A stretch of 32,000 bases of DNA from contig CAYFUT010000014.1 of assembly GCA_964346395.1 (NCBI GenBank), positions 1-32,000 on the forward strand. Direction: 5' to 3'. The first letter of the stretch is position 1; each line of letters starts with the position of its first letter. This DNA is from an uncultured Halobacteroidaceae bacterium (lineage in GTDB: Bacteria > Bacillota > Halanaerobiia > Halobacteroidales > Halobacteroidaceae). The translations under genes and the position numbers were made by a program. Under the pieces are notes generated by a model that was given only the letters and a program-made list of their open reading frames with translations, did not search any database and was not told where the DNA came from. Positions 14,718-24,457 of this stretch are shown in pieces.

Positions 14718-16087
14718 TGGAAGAATTATCGCTGGCAGAGATTGCTGAGGCAGCGGCTGGGAATAGGCGCGGTCCGGCCGACTTGATGATTGATAGTATT
14801 TCTACTGACAGCCGAACCCTGGCAGCGGGAGATTTATTTATTGCTTTAATTGGAGATAACTTTGATGGCCATGAGTTTGTAGCTGATGCCTTTGCTAAAG
14901 GAGCCAAAGCGGCAGTTGTCAGTCGGGAAATAGAAGCTGAGGGGCCGCTGGTAATGGTAGACGATACTACGCAGGCGCTGCAGGATCTGGCTAATTATTA
15001 CCGCCGCCAGTTTTCTTCCCTGCAGGTAGTTGCAGTTACGGGGAGTACTGGGAAGACAACTACTAAAGATATGATTGCCTCGGTGCTGGAGCAAAAATAT
15101 AAAACTTTAAAGAGTAAAGAAAATTTCAATAATGAGATCGGCCTGCCCTTGACGCTGTTTAATTTAGATAGTAGTTATCAAGCTTTAGTAGTAGAAATGG
15201 GAATGCGGGGGTTAGGAGAGATTAGACAGTTGGCCCGGATTGCTGAACCGCGGCTGGGGGTTATTACCAATGTAGGGGTAACTCATATTGAACTGCTGGG
15301 CAGTCAAGAGAAAATAGCGGAAGCTAAATCGGAATTAATCCAGGAACTACCTGCATCGGGACTGGCGGTTTTAAATGGTGATGACCAGCGGGTAGCAGCT
15401 ATGAAAAATTTAGCGGCTGGAGAAGTAATTACGTATGGGTTGCAGGAAAATAATCGATTAACAGGAATTAATATACATAGTTTACAGGAAGAAGGAGTTA
15501 AATTTAGAGTAGCAGAGACGGATTTATCGGAATTGAAACTGCCGGTGCCGGGGGAACATAATGTTTATAATGCCCTGGCGGCAGTAGCAGTGGGACGAGT
15601 ACTGAATGTGGAACCGGAAAAGATAAAATTAGGGCTGGAGAAGTTCAGCACCAGTAAATACCGACAGCAGGTAACTACGACTGAAGAGGGGATTGAACTT
15701 ATTAATGATGCTTATAATGCTAATCCGACCTCTATGCAGGCGGCTTTAAATATTCTGGAAGAAGTAAGCGGGCAGCGCAAAATTGCAGTCTTAGGGGATA
15801 TGTTAGAGTTAGGTGCTATAGCGGAAAAAGAACACCGGCGGATAGGAAAGTTAGTAGCAGATAAAGAAGTTGATTATTTATTAACAGTAGGTGAATTAGG
15901 AGCAGAAATTGCTGCTGCTGCTAGTGAAGCCGGGATGGAGGAAGCACGAATCTTCAGTTATCAAGATAATCAGGAAGCAGGGAAGCAGTTATTACAGCTA
16001 GCAACTGCTGACGATACAGTATTAGTTAAAGCGTCGCGGGGAATGAAGTTAGAGGAAGTAGCATCAGTCTTACAGGATAAGGAGTGA
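14717..16087 (+). CDS. murF: UDP-MurNAc-tripeptide:D-Ala-D-Ala ligase MurF
   Basis: The ATG overlaps the murE stop by 1 nt. AVTGSTGKTTTK P-loop, NDAYNANPTSM motif. Confidence 0.92.
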   Translation: MEELSLAEIAEAAAGNRRGPADLMIDSISTDSRTLAAGDLFIALIGDNFDGHEFVADAFAKGAKAAVVSREIEAEGPLVMVDDTTQALQDLANYYRRQFSSLQVVAVTGSTGKTTTKDMIASVLEQKYKTLKSKENFNNEIGLPLTLFNLDSSYQALVVEMGMRGLGEIRQLARIAEPRLGVITNVGVTHIELLGSQEKIAEAKSELIQELPASGLAVLNGDDQRVAAMKNLAAGEVITYGLQENNRLTGINIHSLQEEGVKFRVAETDLSELKLPVPGEHNVYNALAAVAVGRVLNVEPEKIKLGLEKFSTSKYRQQVTTTEEGIELINDAYNANPTSMQAALNILEEVSGQRKIAVLGDMLELGAIAEKEHRRIGKLVADKEVDYLLTVGELGAEIAAAASEAGMEEARIFSYQDNQEAGKQLLQLATADDTVLVKASRGMKLEEVASVLQDKE

Positions 16088-16094
16088 GGAACTA

Positions 16095-17060
16095 GTGGTA
16101 GACTTAATACTGGCAGCAATAGTATCTTTTGCAGTTAGCATTATATTAGGTGCCTTTTTAATTGATTGGTTTCGGAAACTTGAATTTGGGCAAAATATCA
16201 GGGAAGTTGGCCCGGAACGCCATTTAGAAAAAGCGGGTATTCCTACCATGGGCGGTGTGATGATAATTCTGGCGGTCATAGTGGCTACCTTGCTGTTTGC
16301 CGAAGCTACTCCGGAGGTAGTTATGGCTTTGTTTATAACTGCTAGTTATGGATTTTTGGGGTTATTAGATGATGCAATTAAAATTATTGCTGATAGATCA
16401 TTGGGATTAAAGGCCTGGCAAAAAATTCTGGGGCAGGTATCAGTAGCTTTGTTAGTAGCTTTCTTAGCACTGGTGAAACTTGATTTAGGAACAGAAATTC
16501 TAATTCCGTATGTGTTAAAAACAGTAGATGTAGGGATTTTTTTCATTCCGCTTGTGGTACTGGTGATTTTAGGCAGTTCAAATGCTGTTAATTTGACCGA
16601 TGGACTCGATGGATTAGCAGCTGGGGTTACAATTATAGTCACTATCACTTATACTTATCTTGTCTTTAAGCTGGGTCATTCTGAGTTAGCAGTGTTTGCT
16701 ACTTCTATTGCAGGGGCTTGTTTAGGTTTTTCCTGGTTTAATAGTCATCCAGCGGAAGTATTTATGGGGGATACAGGTTCACTTGCTTTAGGGGGTGCAC
16801 TAGCTTCGATAGCAATCTTTACTAGAACAGAACTGTTTTTAGTAATTATTGGGGGAGTATATGTAATTGAAGCTATTTCGGTAATGTTGCAGGTAAGCTA
16901 TTTTAAATTAACTAATGGGCGGCGAATTTTTAAAATGAGCCCGCTGCACCATCATTTTGAGTTAAAGGGTTGGGAAGAAGCAAAGGTAGTAATCAGATTT
17001 TGGATTTTGGCTGTTCTTCTATCATTAGTAGGATTATTAGGATTAGTTAACTGGGGGTAA
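16095..17060 (+). CDS. mraY: Phospho-MurNAc-pentapeptide translocase MraY
   Basis: GTG start after AAGGAG. Polytopic membrane protein with NAVNLTDGLDGLA and HHHFE motifs. Confidence 0.93.
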   Translation: MVDLILAAIVSFAVSIILGAFLIDWFRKLEFGQNIREVGPERHLEKAGIPTMGGVMIILAVIVATLLFAEATPEVVMALFITASYGFLGLLDDAIKIIADRSLGLKAWQKILGQVSVALLVAFLALVKLDLGTEILIPYVLKTVDVGIFFIPLVVLVILGSSNAVNLTDGLDGLAAGVTIIVTITYTYLVFKLGHSELAVFATSIAGACLGFSWFNSHPAEVFMGDTGSLALGGALASIAIFTRTELFLVIIGGVYVIEAISVMLQVSYFKLTNGRRIFKMSPLHHHFELKGWEEAKVVIRFWILAVLLSLVGLLGLVNWG

Positions 17061-17067
17061 TAAAAAA

Positions 17068-18432
17068 TTGAATCTGCATAATAAATTGGTAACAGTAGTT
17101 GGTTTGAGTAAGCGGACAGGGGTAGAAGTAGTTAAGTTTTTGGCTCACAAGGGTGCCCGCATTATAGCTACTGATACAAAAAACCGAGAGCAATTAAGTG
17201 AAGAAATAGTCAGTTTACAGGAGCAGGAAGTAACTTTTGATTTGGGCGGGCATAGTCCGGAGTTAATTTTGGAATCGGATTTACTGGTAATTAGTCCGGG
17301 AGTACCGATAAATATTCCTCTTTTGGAGCAGGCTAGAGAAAAGGGAATTCCGGTAATTAGTGAAGTAGAATTGGCTTATCGGTTTAGTCAGGCCCCTATT
17401 TTAGCAGTTACCGGAACAAACGGGAAGACTACAACTACTACGCTGTTGGGGGAAATTTTTACTGCTATTGATCAGGAAGTAATTGTCGGGGGCAATATAG
17501 GGCGGGCTTTAATTCAAGATTTACCTTATTTGAACCGCCGCGGAATAGCAGTTGCCGAAATTAGTTCTTTTCAATTAGAAGGTATTGTAAATTTTAAGCC
17601 ACATATTAGTTTAGTCTTGAATTTAACGTCGGATCATTTAAAACGCCATGGAGATTTTGCCACTTATAAAGCAGCTAAGCGCAAGTTGGTAAGCAATCAG
17701 ACAGCCAGTGATTATGCAGTGCTAAACTATGATGACCAGCAGGTGCAAAACTTTAGGCGGGCTACTGAAGCGCAGGTTGTATATTTCAGTCAAGAGCAGG
17801 AATTAAGCCGGGGGGTTTTTGTACAAGATGAGCAGATAGTGAGTACTTTGAAGGGTACAATAGAGCCGATTATTAGTCTAGAAAAGTTAGGCATTAAAGG
17901 CCCTCATAATGTGGAAAATGCTCTGGGAGCAGTAGCAGTAGCTCTTTTAATGGGAGTAGGAAAGAAGCTGTTAGCTGCTAAACTGGAGGAGTTTACAGGA
18001 GTTGAACATAGAATTGAAGAAATAGCGGAAGTAAAGGGGATTAAATATATCAATGATTCAAAGGCTACTAATCCTGTGTCAGCTATGAAAGCCCTACAGA
18101 CATTTTCGCAGCCGATTGTATTAATCGGTGGGGGGATGGATAAAGGCTCAGATTTTTATGAGTGGGCTAAATTGATAAAAGAAAAGGTCAAGGCTCTGGT
18201 ATTATTGGGAGAAACGACAGAAAAAATTGCGACTGAAGTTCAGCAGTTAGGGTTTGACAATATATATCGAGTGGGAACGATAGAGGAAGCAGTTGAGAAA
18301 TCAGCTGCATTAGCCACAACAGGAGATGTGGTGTTGCTTTCTCCGGCCTGTGCAAGTTGGGATATGTTTGCCAGTTACAAAGAACGGGGTCGGTTATTTA
18401 GCAAGGCAGTTCAAGAATTAAGGAGGGGCTAA
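17068..18432 (+). CDS. murD: UDP-MurNAc-L-Ala:D-Glu ligase MurD
   Basis: TTG start. AVTGTNGKTTTT P-loop, NDSKATN motif, dcw position. Confidence 0.92.
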   Translation: MNLHNKLVTVVGLSKRTGVEVVKFLAHKGARIIATDTKNREQLSEEIVSLQEQEVTFDLGGHSPELILESDLLVISPGVPINIPLLEQAREKGIPVISEVELAYRFSQAPILAVTGTNGKTTTTTLLGEIFTAIDQEVIVGGNIGRALIQDLPYLNRRGIAVAEISSFQLEGIVNFKPHISLVLNLTSDHLKRHGDFATYKAAKRKLVSNQTASDYAVLNYDDQQVQNFRRATEAQVVYFSQEQELSRGVFVQDEQIVSTLKGTIEPIISLEKLGIKGPHNVENALGAVAVALLMGVGKKLLAAKLEEFTGVEHRIEEIAEVKGIKYINDSKATNPVSAMKALQTFSQPIVLIGGGMDKGSDFYEWAKLIKEKVKALVLLGETTEKIATEVQQLGFDNIYRVGTIEEAVEKSAALATTGDVVLLSPACASWDMFASYKERGRLFSKAVQELRRG

Positions 18433-18433
18433 A

Positions 18434-19516
18434 GTGCCGCAAAAAAGCCCAGATTATATTATTATCTTAGTGGTAGTTTTATTGTTAGCTATTAGTATTA
18501 CAATGGTATTTAGTGCTACTTCTATTTCTGCTTATGCTCAGTTTGACGATAGTTTTTATTTTTTTAAACGGCAGGTGGCCTGGAGTTTGTTGGGGATGAT
18601 AGCTATGCTGATAACTGCTAATATAGATTATCGGCGCTATCTTAAATTGAGTCCGTATATTCTAATCGGGAGTATTATTGGCTTAATTTTAGTGCTAGTA
18701 ATTGGGGCTGAAATTCAAGGTTCACGGCGCTGGATAAAAGTTGGGATTCGCATTCAGCCTTCAGAAATAGCCAAGTTAGCAATGATTATGTTTACTGCCT
18801 GGTATGTGCATAAAAGGCAGGAAAAACTAAAGAATTTTTTTACTGGTTTATTACCTATTTTATTAGTATTAGGATTAGTATTTGGGTTGGTATTAATGGA
18901 ACCGGACTTAGGAACGGCGGGCACTATTGCAGCTACCGTAGTAATGATGTTAATAGTAGCTGGAGTACAGCTGCTGCATTTAACGGGCATAGCTGTTTCG
19001 GGGCTACCTTTATTTATTTATGCGTTAATGGTTGAGCCTTATCGGCGCCAGAGAATCTTTGCCTTTCTTGATCCCTGGTCTGTGCCTAAAGGAGCAGGAT
19101 TTCATATTATTCAGTCGCTTTATGCTCTGGGGTCAGGTGGATTATTTGGGGTGGGGCTCGGCCGCAGTAAACAGAAATTCTTTTATTTACCGGAACCAGG
19201 AACGGATTTTATATTTGCTGTGTTAGGAGAAGAATTAGGTTTTATAGGTGGTTTTATAGTTTTACTGCTGTATGCTCTTTTTGCACTGCGGGGGATCAGA
19301 ATAGCTGCTCGGGCTCCTGATTTATTTAGCTCATTATTGGCGGTGGGGATTACTTTCTGGATTGTATTTCAGGCAATAATTAATATTGGGGTAGTAACTG
19401 GTTCTTTACCGGTAACGGGAATTACTTTGCCTTTTATTAGCTACGGCGGTACTTCGTTAGTGGTGATGGCAGCAGCAGTCGGTATTTTGCTAAATATATC
19501 GCGCTACTGTGAATAA
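18434..19516 (+). CDS. ftsW: SEDS-family peptidoglycan polymerase FtsW/SpoVE
   Basis: GTG start after AAGGAGGGG. Polytopic membrane protein with QPSEIAKL, EPDLGT, PEPGTDFIF and SYGGTS motifs. Confidence 0.9.
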   Translation: MPQKSPDYIIILVVVLLLAISITMVFSATSISAYAQFDDSFYFFKRQVAWSLLGMIAMLITANIDYRRYLKLSPYILIGSIIGLILVLVIGAEIQGSRRWIKVGIRIQPSEIAKLAMIMFTAWYVHKRQEKLKNFFTGLLPILLVLGLVFGLVLMEPDLGTAGTIAATVVMMLIVAGVQLLHLTGIAVSGLPLFIYALMVEPYRRQRIFAFLDPWSVPKGAGFHIIQSLYALGSGGLFGVGLGRSKQKFFYLPEPGTDFIFAVLGEELGFIGGFIVLLLYALFALRGIRIAARAPDLFSSLLAVGITFWIVFQAIINIGVVTGSLPVTGITLPFISYGGTSLVVMAAAVGILLNISRYCE

Positions 19517-19582
19517 AGGTATAGTGTGTAACTTTGCGTGAGGGGGGCAGGCGATTAGAAAAGCTTTTTGAAGCGGTTCTAA

Positions 19583-19667
19583 CCCTCACCTCCAATCTAA
19601 AATTAAGCAAGCTAATTTAAAAAATTAAATTAGCTAAATCACACTTAATTTTAATTTCCGGTGAGGG
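19583..19667 (+). other. 85-nt three-segment hairpin in the ftsW-murG spacer
   Basis: CCCTCACC/GGTGAGGG (19583-19590 with 19660-19667), TAAAATTAAG/CTTAATTTTA, and GCTAATTTAA-AAAA-TTAAATTAGC (19611-19634). A competing GTGAGGG lies at 19538-19544. Confidence 0.7.
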
Positions 19668-19753
19668 AAAGTACCGCATACCTATAAAAGTAAATTGATT
19701 GAGAAAATATACCTTAAGTTGACGGTATGAATGGAATTGACGAATTATTAATT

Positions 19754-19787
19754 ATCAACTGTTAACTGTAAATTGTCAACTTAACTG
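19754..19787. repeat. Inverted copy of the GTYRAC-word motif found in the tRNA spacer
   Basis: The reverse complement contains GTTGACAATTTACAGTTAACAG, against GTTAACAATTTACAGTTGACAG at 234-255 (20 of 22 identical, the two GTYRAC words swapped). Confidence 0.75.
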
Positions 19788-19805
19788 CGTTTGGGAGTGA
19801 AGAGA

Positions 19806-20903
19806 ATGAAAATATTGTTTACTGGTGGTGGTACCGGAGGCCATATTTATCCGGCCTTGGCGGTAGCAGATAAATTGAAGAGTCGGTTGGCTGAGTTAGA
19901 TGTTTTATTTGTTGGTACCGAAACGGGACTGGAGGCGGAGATTGTGCCCCAGGCAGGTTACGATTTAAAAACTATTCCTGTCGAGGGATTTCCCCGCCGC
20001 TTAACTTGGCGGTGGCTGGTGACGGCAGGGAAAGCGGGTTTAGGACTGCTACAGGCTAACCGGATTATTAGTGATTTTAATCCGGATATAGTAGTAGGTA
20101 CGGGAGGTTATGTTGCCGGGCCAACTGTACTGGCAGCTGCCCTGCGGGGAGTACCGACTTTGATTCATGAGCAGAATGCTTATCCAGGGCTGACCAATCG
20201 GATGTTGGCCCGGGTAGTGGATAAAATTGCCTTAACTACTGATCAGGCAGATCAGTATTTTAATTATTCAGAGAAAACAGTTGTAACTGGTAATCCAGTA
20301 CGGCCGGAGATTTTAAGTAAACGAAAGCTGCCTGCTTATCGCGAATTAGACTTAGATCCGCAGCGGAAGGTTATTCTGATAGTAGGTGGTAGTAGAGGAG
20401 CTAAGAGTATTAATCAAGCGTTAGTAGATATTTATTCTGATTTACAGACGACTGATTGGCAGGTAATACATATTACAGGAAAGCGGGATTTTTCCTGGGT
20501 AGCAGAAAAAGCCGAACAACAGGGATTAGAAAATTTAGAAGCAGGAGAACTTAGGATTGAATCTTATCTACATAATATGGCTTCTGCTCTGGCCGCCGCT
20601 GATTTGATTGTTTCACGGGCGGGAGCTACTATGTTAGCCGAAGTTAATGCTTGTGGTCTGCCGGCAGTTCTAATTCCTTATCCTCATGCTGCGGAGAATC
20701 ATCAGGAATACAATGCGCGGGCTTTAGAAGAAGCAGGAGCAGCGGAGGTTATTTTAGATAAAGAGTTGACAGGAAAAAAATTATTTAGGATAATAAAAGA
20801 GATAGTTAATTATCGGTTAGAAGAAATGGGGCGGGCCAGTGAAAATATGGGGCAATTGAGAGCAGCTGATAAAATAATTGACTTAATTTTAGAGTTAGTA
20901 TAA
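19806..20903 (+). CDS. murG: Lipid II synthase MurG (UDP-GlcNAc transferase)
   Basis: ATG 19806 lies 8 nt after GGGAG (the ORF-track TTG 19791 is less likely). MKILFTGGGTGGHIYPALAV N-terminus, C-terminal ...RAGATMLAE... motif. Confidence 0.92.
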   Translation: MKILFTGGGTGGHIYPALAVADKLKSRLAELDVLFVGTETGLEAEIVPQAGYDLKTIPVEGFPRRLTWRWLVTAGKAGLGLLQANRIISDFNPDIVVGTGGYVAGPTVLAAALRGVPTLIHEQNAYPGLTNRMLARVVDKIALTTDQADQYFNYSEKTVVTGNPVRPEILSKRKLPAYRELDLDPQRKVILIVGGSRGAKSINQALVDIYSDLQTTDWQVIHITGKRDFSWVAEKAEQQGLENLEAGELRIESYLHNMASALAAADLIVSRAGATMLAEVNACGLPAVLIPYPHAAENHQEYNARALEEAGAAEVILDKELTGKKLFRIIKEIVNYRLEEMGRASENMGQLRAADKIIDLILELV

Positions 20904-20993
20904 AAAGTTAAGCCAAGATGAACGAAAGTAAGTTAAACGGCATATTATATAGTAAAGAATTGTGGTAGTACGTTAACTGAGGAGGGAAAAAAG

Positions 20994-22256
20994 GTGTCAG
21001 AATTTGTAATTAATGGCGGAAATTCGCTGCAGGGAGAGGTAAAAATTAGCGGAGCTAAAAATGCTGTCTTGCCGATATTGGCTGGTACAGTTTTGGGCGG
21101 GGGAAAATCTGTAATTGATAGGGTGCCTAATTTACATGATGTGCAGGTGATGAAGGAGGTATTGACTACTTTAGGAGGCGAAGTAGAGTTTGCCGAGGGA
21201 AGAATGATTGTAGATACTTCTGATTTAACCCAGTGTCAAATTTCAGAAGAATTGATGCGCAAAATGCGGGCTACTGTATTTTTAATGGGTCCTTTAGTGG
21301 CTCGGTTTGGGCAGGTTAAGATTTCTCAACCGGGAGGATGTAGTATTGGTTCTCGTCCTATTGACCTTCATTTGAAGGGATTAAAGGCGTTAGGAGTTGA
21401 TTTTAATTCGGTTCACGGATCTCTGGAGGGGAAAGCAGAAGAATTGACGGGAGCTGAGATTCATCTTGATTTTCCCAGTGTAGGTGCTACGGAAAATATT
21501 ATGATGGCAGCAACTAGGGCAGAAGGTAAAACGATAATTCATAATGCTGCTAGAGAACCAGAAATTGTTGACCTGCAAAATTTTCTTAATCAATTAGGGG
21601 CTAAAGTAAGAGGGGCAGGAACAGATGTAATCAAAATTGAAGGGGTGGAAAAACTGCACCCGGTTACATACCAAGTGATTCCCGACCGTATTGAAGCTGG
21701 AACTTACCTGTTGGCAGGGGCAATTACCAAGGGAGAAGTAATTGCCAAGAATTTAATTCCGAAGCATATAGAATCTATTCTGGCCAAGTTGACGGAAGCC
21801 GGAATTAAAGTAGATGAAGACGGCGATAAAATAAAGGTTAAAGGAGTAGAGTCCTGGCAGGGAATCAATGTAAAGACTTTACCGTACCCTGGTTTTCCTA
21901 CTGATATGCAGCCTCAATTTATGGCCTTGCTTACTCTGGCGGAGGGGTCAAGCGTAATTACGGAGACTATTTTTGATAATCGCTTAAAGCATGCTGATGA
22001 ATTAAGACGCATGGGAGCTGATATAAGACTAGAAGGTAATTCAGCTATTATTCGGGGAGCAGATGACCTATCAGGAGCAGCTGTAGAAGCTACTGATTTA
22101 AGAGCCGGAGCAGCTTTGATTTTAGCTGGCCTGGCGGCTGAAGGAGAAACTCGAGTGGAAAATATTTATCATGTAGACAGAGGGTATGAGTATTTGGAAG
22201 ATAAATTAACTAATTTAGGGGCTGATGTAAGGCGGGAAGAGAAGAAAGAAGAGTAA
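20994..22256 (+). CDS. murA: UDP-GlcNAc 1-carboxyvinyltransferase MurA
   Basis: GTG start after GAGGAGGG. ISGAKNAVLPILA motif, active-site loop PGGCSIGSRPIDLH, YHVDRGYE C-terminus. Confidence 0.93.
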   Translation: MSEFVINGGNSLQGEVKISGAKNAVLPILAGTVLGGGKSVIDRVPNLHDVQVMKEVLTTLGGEVEFAEGRMIVDTSDLTQCQISEELMRKMRATVFLMGPLVARFGQVKISQPGGCSIGSRPIDLHLKGLKALGVDFNSVHGSLEGKAEELTGAEIHLDFPSVGATENIMMAATRAEGKTIIHNAAREPEIVDLQNFLNQLGAKVRGAGTDVIKIEGVEKLHPVTYQVIPDRIEAGTYLLAGAITKGEVIAKNLIPKHIESILAKLTEAGIKVDEDGDKIKVKGVESWQGINVKTLPYPGFPTDMQPQFMALLTLAEGSSVITETIFDNRLKHADELRRMGADIRLEGNSAIIRGADDLSGAAVEATDLRAGAALILAGLAAEGETRVENIYHVDRGYEYLEDKLTNLGADVRREEKKEE

Positions 22257-22343
22257 ACGTTGATTAAAATTCAAATTTTGGGATTTATAATTTTTATATT
22301 ATAATATAAGTGAAAGCTGCCCAGGAATGAGTGAGGGGATATC

Positions 22344-23042
22344 TTGGATAAACAAACTGTACTGATTATAGTGGGGCTAGTCATAATTTTGATTTTAATT
22401 AATCTGCTTCATTCTGATGTATTTGAAGTAAAAGAGATTGAAATAAAAGGTAATGAACTAATAACTGATAATTATATATTAAATTTTAGTGATTTAGATC
22501 AGGGAACTAATATATTTGCTGTAGATTGTCAGGAGATAAAGGAAAAATTATTACTGCTCTCCCAGTTTGAAGAAGTATTAGTTTTCCGCAAGTTGCCTAA
22601 TAAAATAGTAATTGAGGTAGAGGAAAGAGAACCAATTGCTGTTCTTCCCCTCCAAAATTCTTATTGTTTAATTAATAGAGAAGGTTGGATATTGAAAATA
22701 ATTAATAATTTATCTCAACAGCAGTGGCCGGTAGTAGAAGGGGTTGAAATTGAGCGCGAACGAAAAAAAATTAAACTGACGGGAGATTTAAAAGTTGTTA
22801 TTAAGCTGCTGGACAAACTAACATCAGAAATAAACCGAGAAATTGAAAAAGTTGAGACTTTAAAATCAGGATTTAGATTGGAATTAGCCAGTGGCGGAAT
22901 AGTAAAATTGGGACAAGGTTTTGATGCGGAAAAGAAAGCGCAAGTGTTTACTTCCATTTATCAGGATATAAAAGGAAGGAATTTAGAGATAGAATATGTC
23001 GATTTAAGATATAATAAACATTCGTTTATTAAGACAAAGTAA
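22344..23042 (+). CDS. ftsQ: Cell division protein FtsQ/DivIB
   Basis: TTG start after GAGGGG. N-terminal TM segment, then a POTRA-like segment (VKEIEIKGNELITDNYILNFSDL...), position upstream of ftsA. Confidence 0.8.
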   Translation: MDKQTVLIIVGLVIILILINLLHSDVFEVKEIEIKGNELITDNYILNFSDLDQGTNIFAVDCQEIKEKLLLLSQFEEVLVFRKLPNKIVIEVEEREPIAVLPLQNSYCLINREGWILKIINNLSQQQWPVVEGVEIERERKKIKLTGDLKVVIKLLDKLTSEINREIEKVETLKSGFRLELASGGIVKLGQGFDAEKKAQVFTSIYQDIKGRNLEIEYVDLRYNKHSFIKTK

Positions 23043-23150
23043 TTTTTTAAAAAAATCGCAAAAGAAAAAAGGAAATTAATTATTAATCTTGAATTTATCA
23101 GAATAAGGGAGTAGCGGATATTTGTTGATTTTTGGAAAGGAGGGCACTTA

Positions 23151-24437
23151 TTGACACATCGAAAAATAGTTGCCGGAATTGATGTAGGTACTACTAAGGT
23201 ATGTACTATTGTGGCTGAGGTTAGTAATAACCAGGTGACTGATATAGTAGGGGTGGGGACGAGCCCTTCTACTGGCTTGAAAAAAGGAATGGTTGTTGAT
23301 ATAGATGATACTGTTAATTCAATAGAACAAGCAGTAGTTAAGGCTGAACGAATGGCAGGAGTGGACTTGGATTCGGTGTTTGTAGGAATTGCTGGTTCCC
23401 ATATTTCTTCCACTAACCGTCATGGAGTGGTAGCAGTAACAGGGGAAAATAAAGAAATTACTATGGAAGATATTGACCGGGTAATTGAAGCAACCAAAAT
23501 TATTTCGATTCCTCCTGAGCGGCAGATAATACACGTAATTCCGCGTGAATTTATTGTGGACGGCTGTAAAGATATTAAGTATCCCCTAGGGATGTCGGGA
23601 GTTAGATTAGAAGCGGAAGCTCATATTGTAACTGGTTCTGTAACTTCCATTCAGAATTTAGTCAAAAGTGTAAAGCGGGCAGGGATTGATGTAGAAGGAT
23701 TAGTATTACAGCCGCTGGCTGCTAGTAAAGCTATTTTATCGGAGAGCGAGAAAGATTTAGGAGTGCTGTTGATTGATATGGGAGGCGGAACTACTGATAT
23801 AGCTATTTTTAAGGACGGCAGTATCTGGTATACTTCTATTTTGCCGGTGGGTGGAGACCATGTAACTAATGATATAGCAGTCGGAATGAGAACGCCGATT
23901 TCCATAGCTGAGCAGATAAAAATCAAGCACGGCTGTGCGAAAGCCAGTTTGATTGATAATAATGAAAAAATTGATGTATTGGATACTAGTGGGGAAAAAC
24001 AGCGAACTATTTCCCGCAAAATGCTGTGTAATATTATTGAGCCGCGGGTAGATGAGATATTTAGTTTAGTTCGGGAAGAAATTGAGAATGCTGGTTATAA
24101 AGGTATGGTTCCTGCAGGGGCAGTAGTGACCGGCGGCGGCTCGCTGTTGGAAGGAATTCCCGAATTAGCTTCGGAAAAATTAGACATGCCGGTCAGAGTA
24201 GGAGCCCCGGATAATATTGATTCATTGATGGAGTACATAGATGATTCCATTTATGAAATTAATGAGAGTTATTCTGAGTTTTCTGATGATACGGGGGCTA
24301 TATTTTCTACAGGTGTAGGACTGGTTTATTATGGAGCTCAGACTATGTCGGAAGAACCGACGCGAGGTAAGAGTGAAGAACAGATAGTAGATGATTTGTT
24401 TGACAAAATAAAAGATTGGTTTAAAAATATATTTTAG
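23151..24437 (+). CDS. ftsA: Cell division protein FtsA
   Basis: TTG start 7 nt after [30 protein letters not shown] and [11 protein letters not shown] actin-fold motifs. C-terminal amphipathic helix [12 protein letters not shown]. Confidence 0.93.
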   Translation: MTHRKIVAGIDVGTTKVCTIVAEVSNNQVTDIVGVGTSPSTGLKKGMVVDIDDTVNSIEQAVVKAERMAGVDLDSVFVGIAGSHISSTNRHGVVAVTGENKEITMEDIDRVIEATKIISIPPERQIIHVIPREFIVDGCKDIKYPLGMSGVRLEAEAHIVTGSVTSIQNLVKSVKRAGIDVEGLVLQPLAASKAILSESEKDLGVLLIDMGGGTTDIAIFKDGSIWYTSILPVGGDHVTNDIAVGMRTPISIAEQIKIKHGCAKASLIDNNEKIDVLDTSGEKQRTISRKMLCNIIEPRVDEIFSLVREEIENAGYKGMVPAGAVVTGGGSLLEGIPELASEKLDMPVRVGAPDNIDSLMEYIDDSIYEINESYSEFSDDTGAIFSTGVGLVYYGAQTMSEEPTRGKSEEQIVDDLFDKIKDWFKNIF

Positions 24438-24457
24438 TCTGTCCAGGGGGGGTTGTA

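Noticed and set aside
19032-19226. 64-aa + strand ORF inside ftsW in another frame
   Set aside because: It is wholly nested in the SEDS-family gene, with no RBS and no motif.
22260-22291. TTGATT ... TATAAT promoter-like pair upstream of ftsQ
   Set aside because: The spacing is 20 nt, outside the functional 16-18 nt range. AT-rich spacers give many such chance hexamers.
22961-23413. 150-aa minus-strand ORF spanning the ftsQ end, the spacer and the ftsA start
   Set aside because: It is antisense to two well-supported division genes, has no RBS and no recognisable motif. The open frame is explained by codon bias of the opposite strand.
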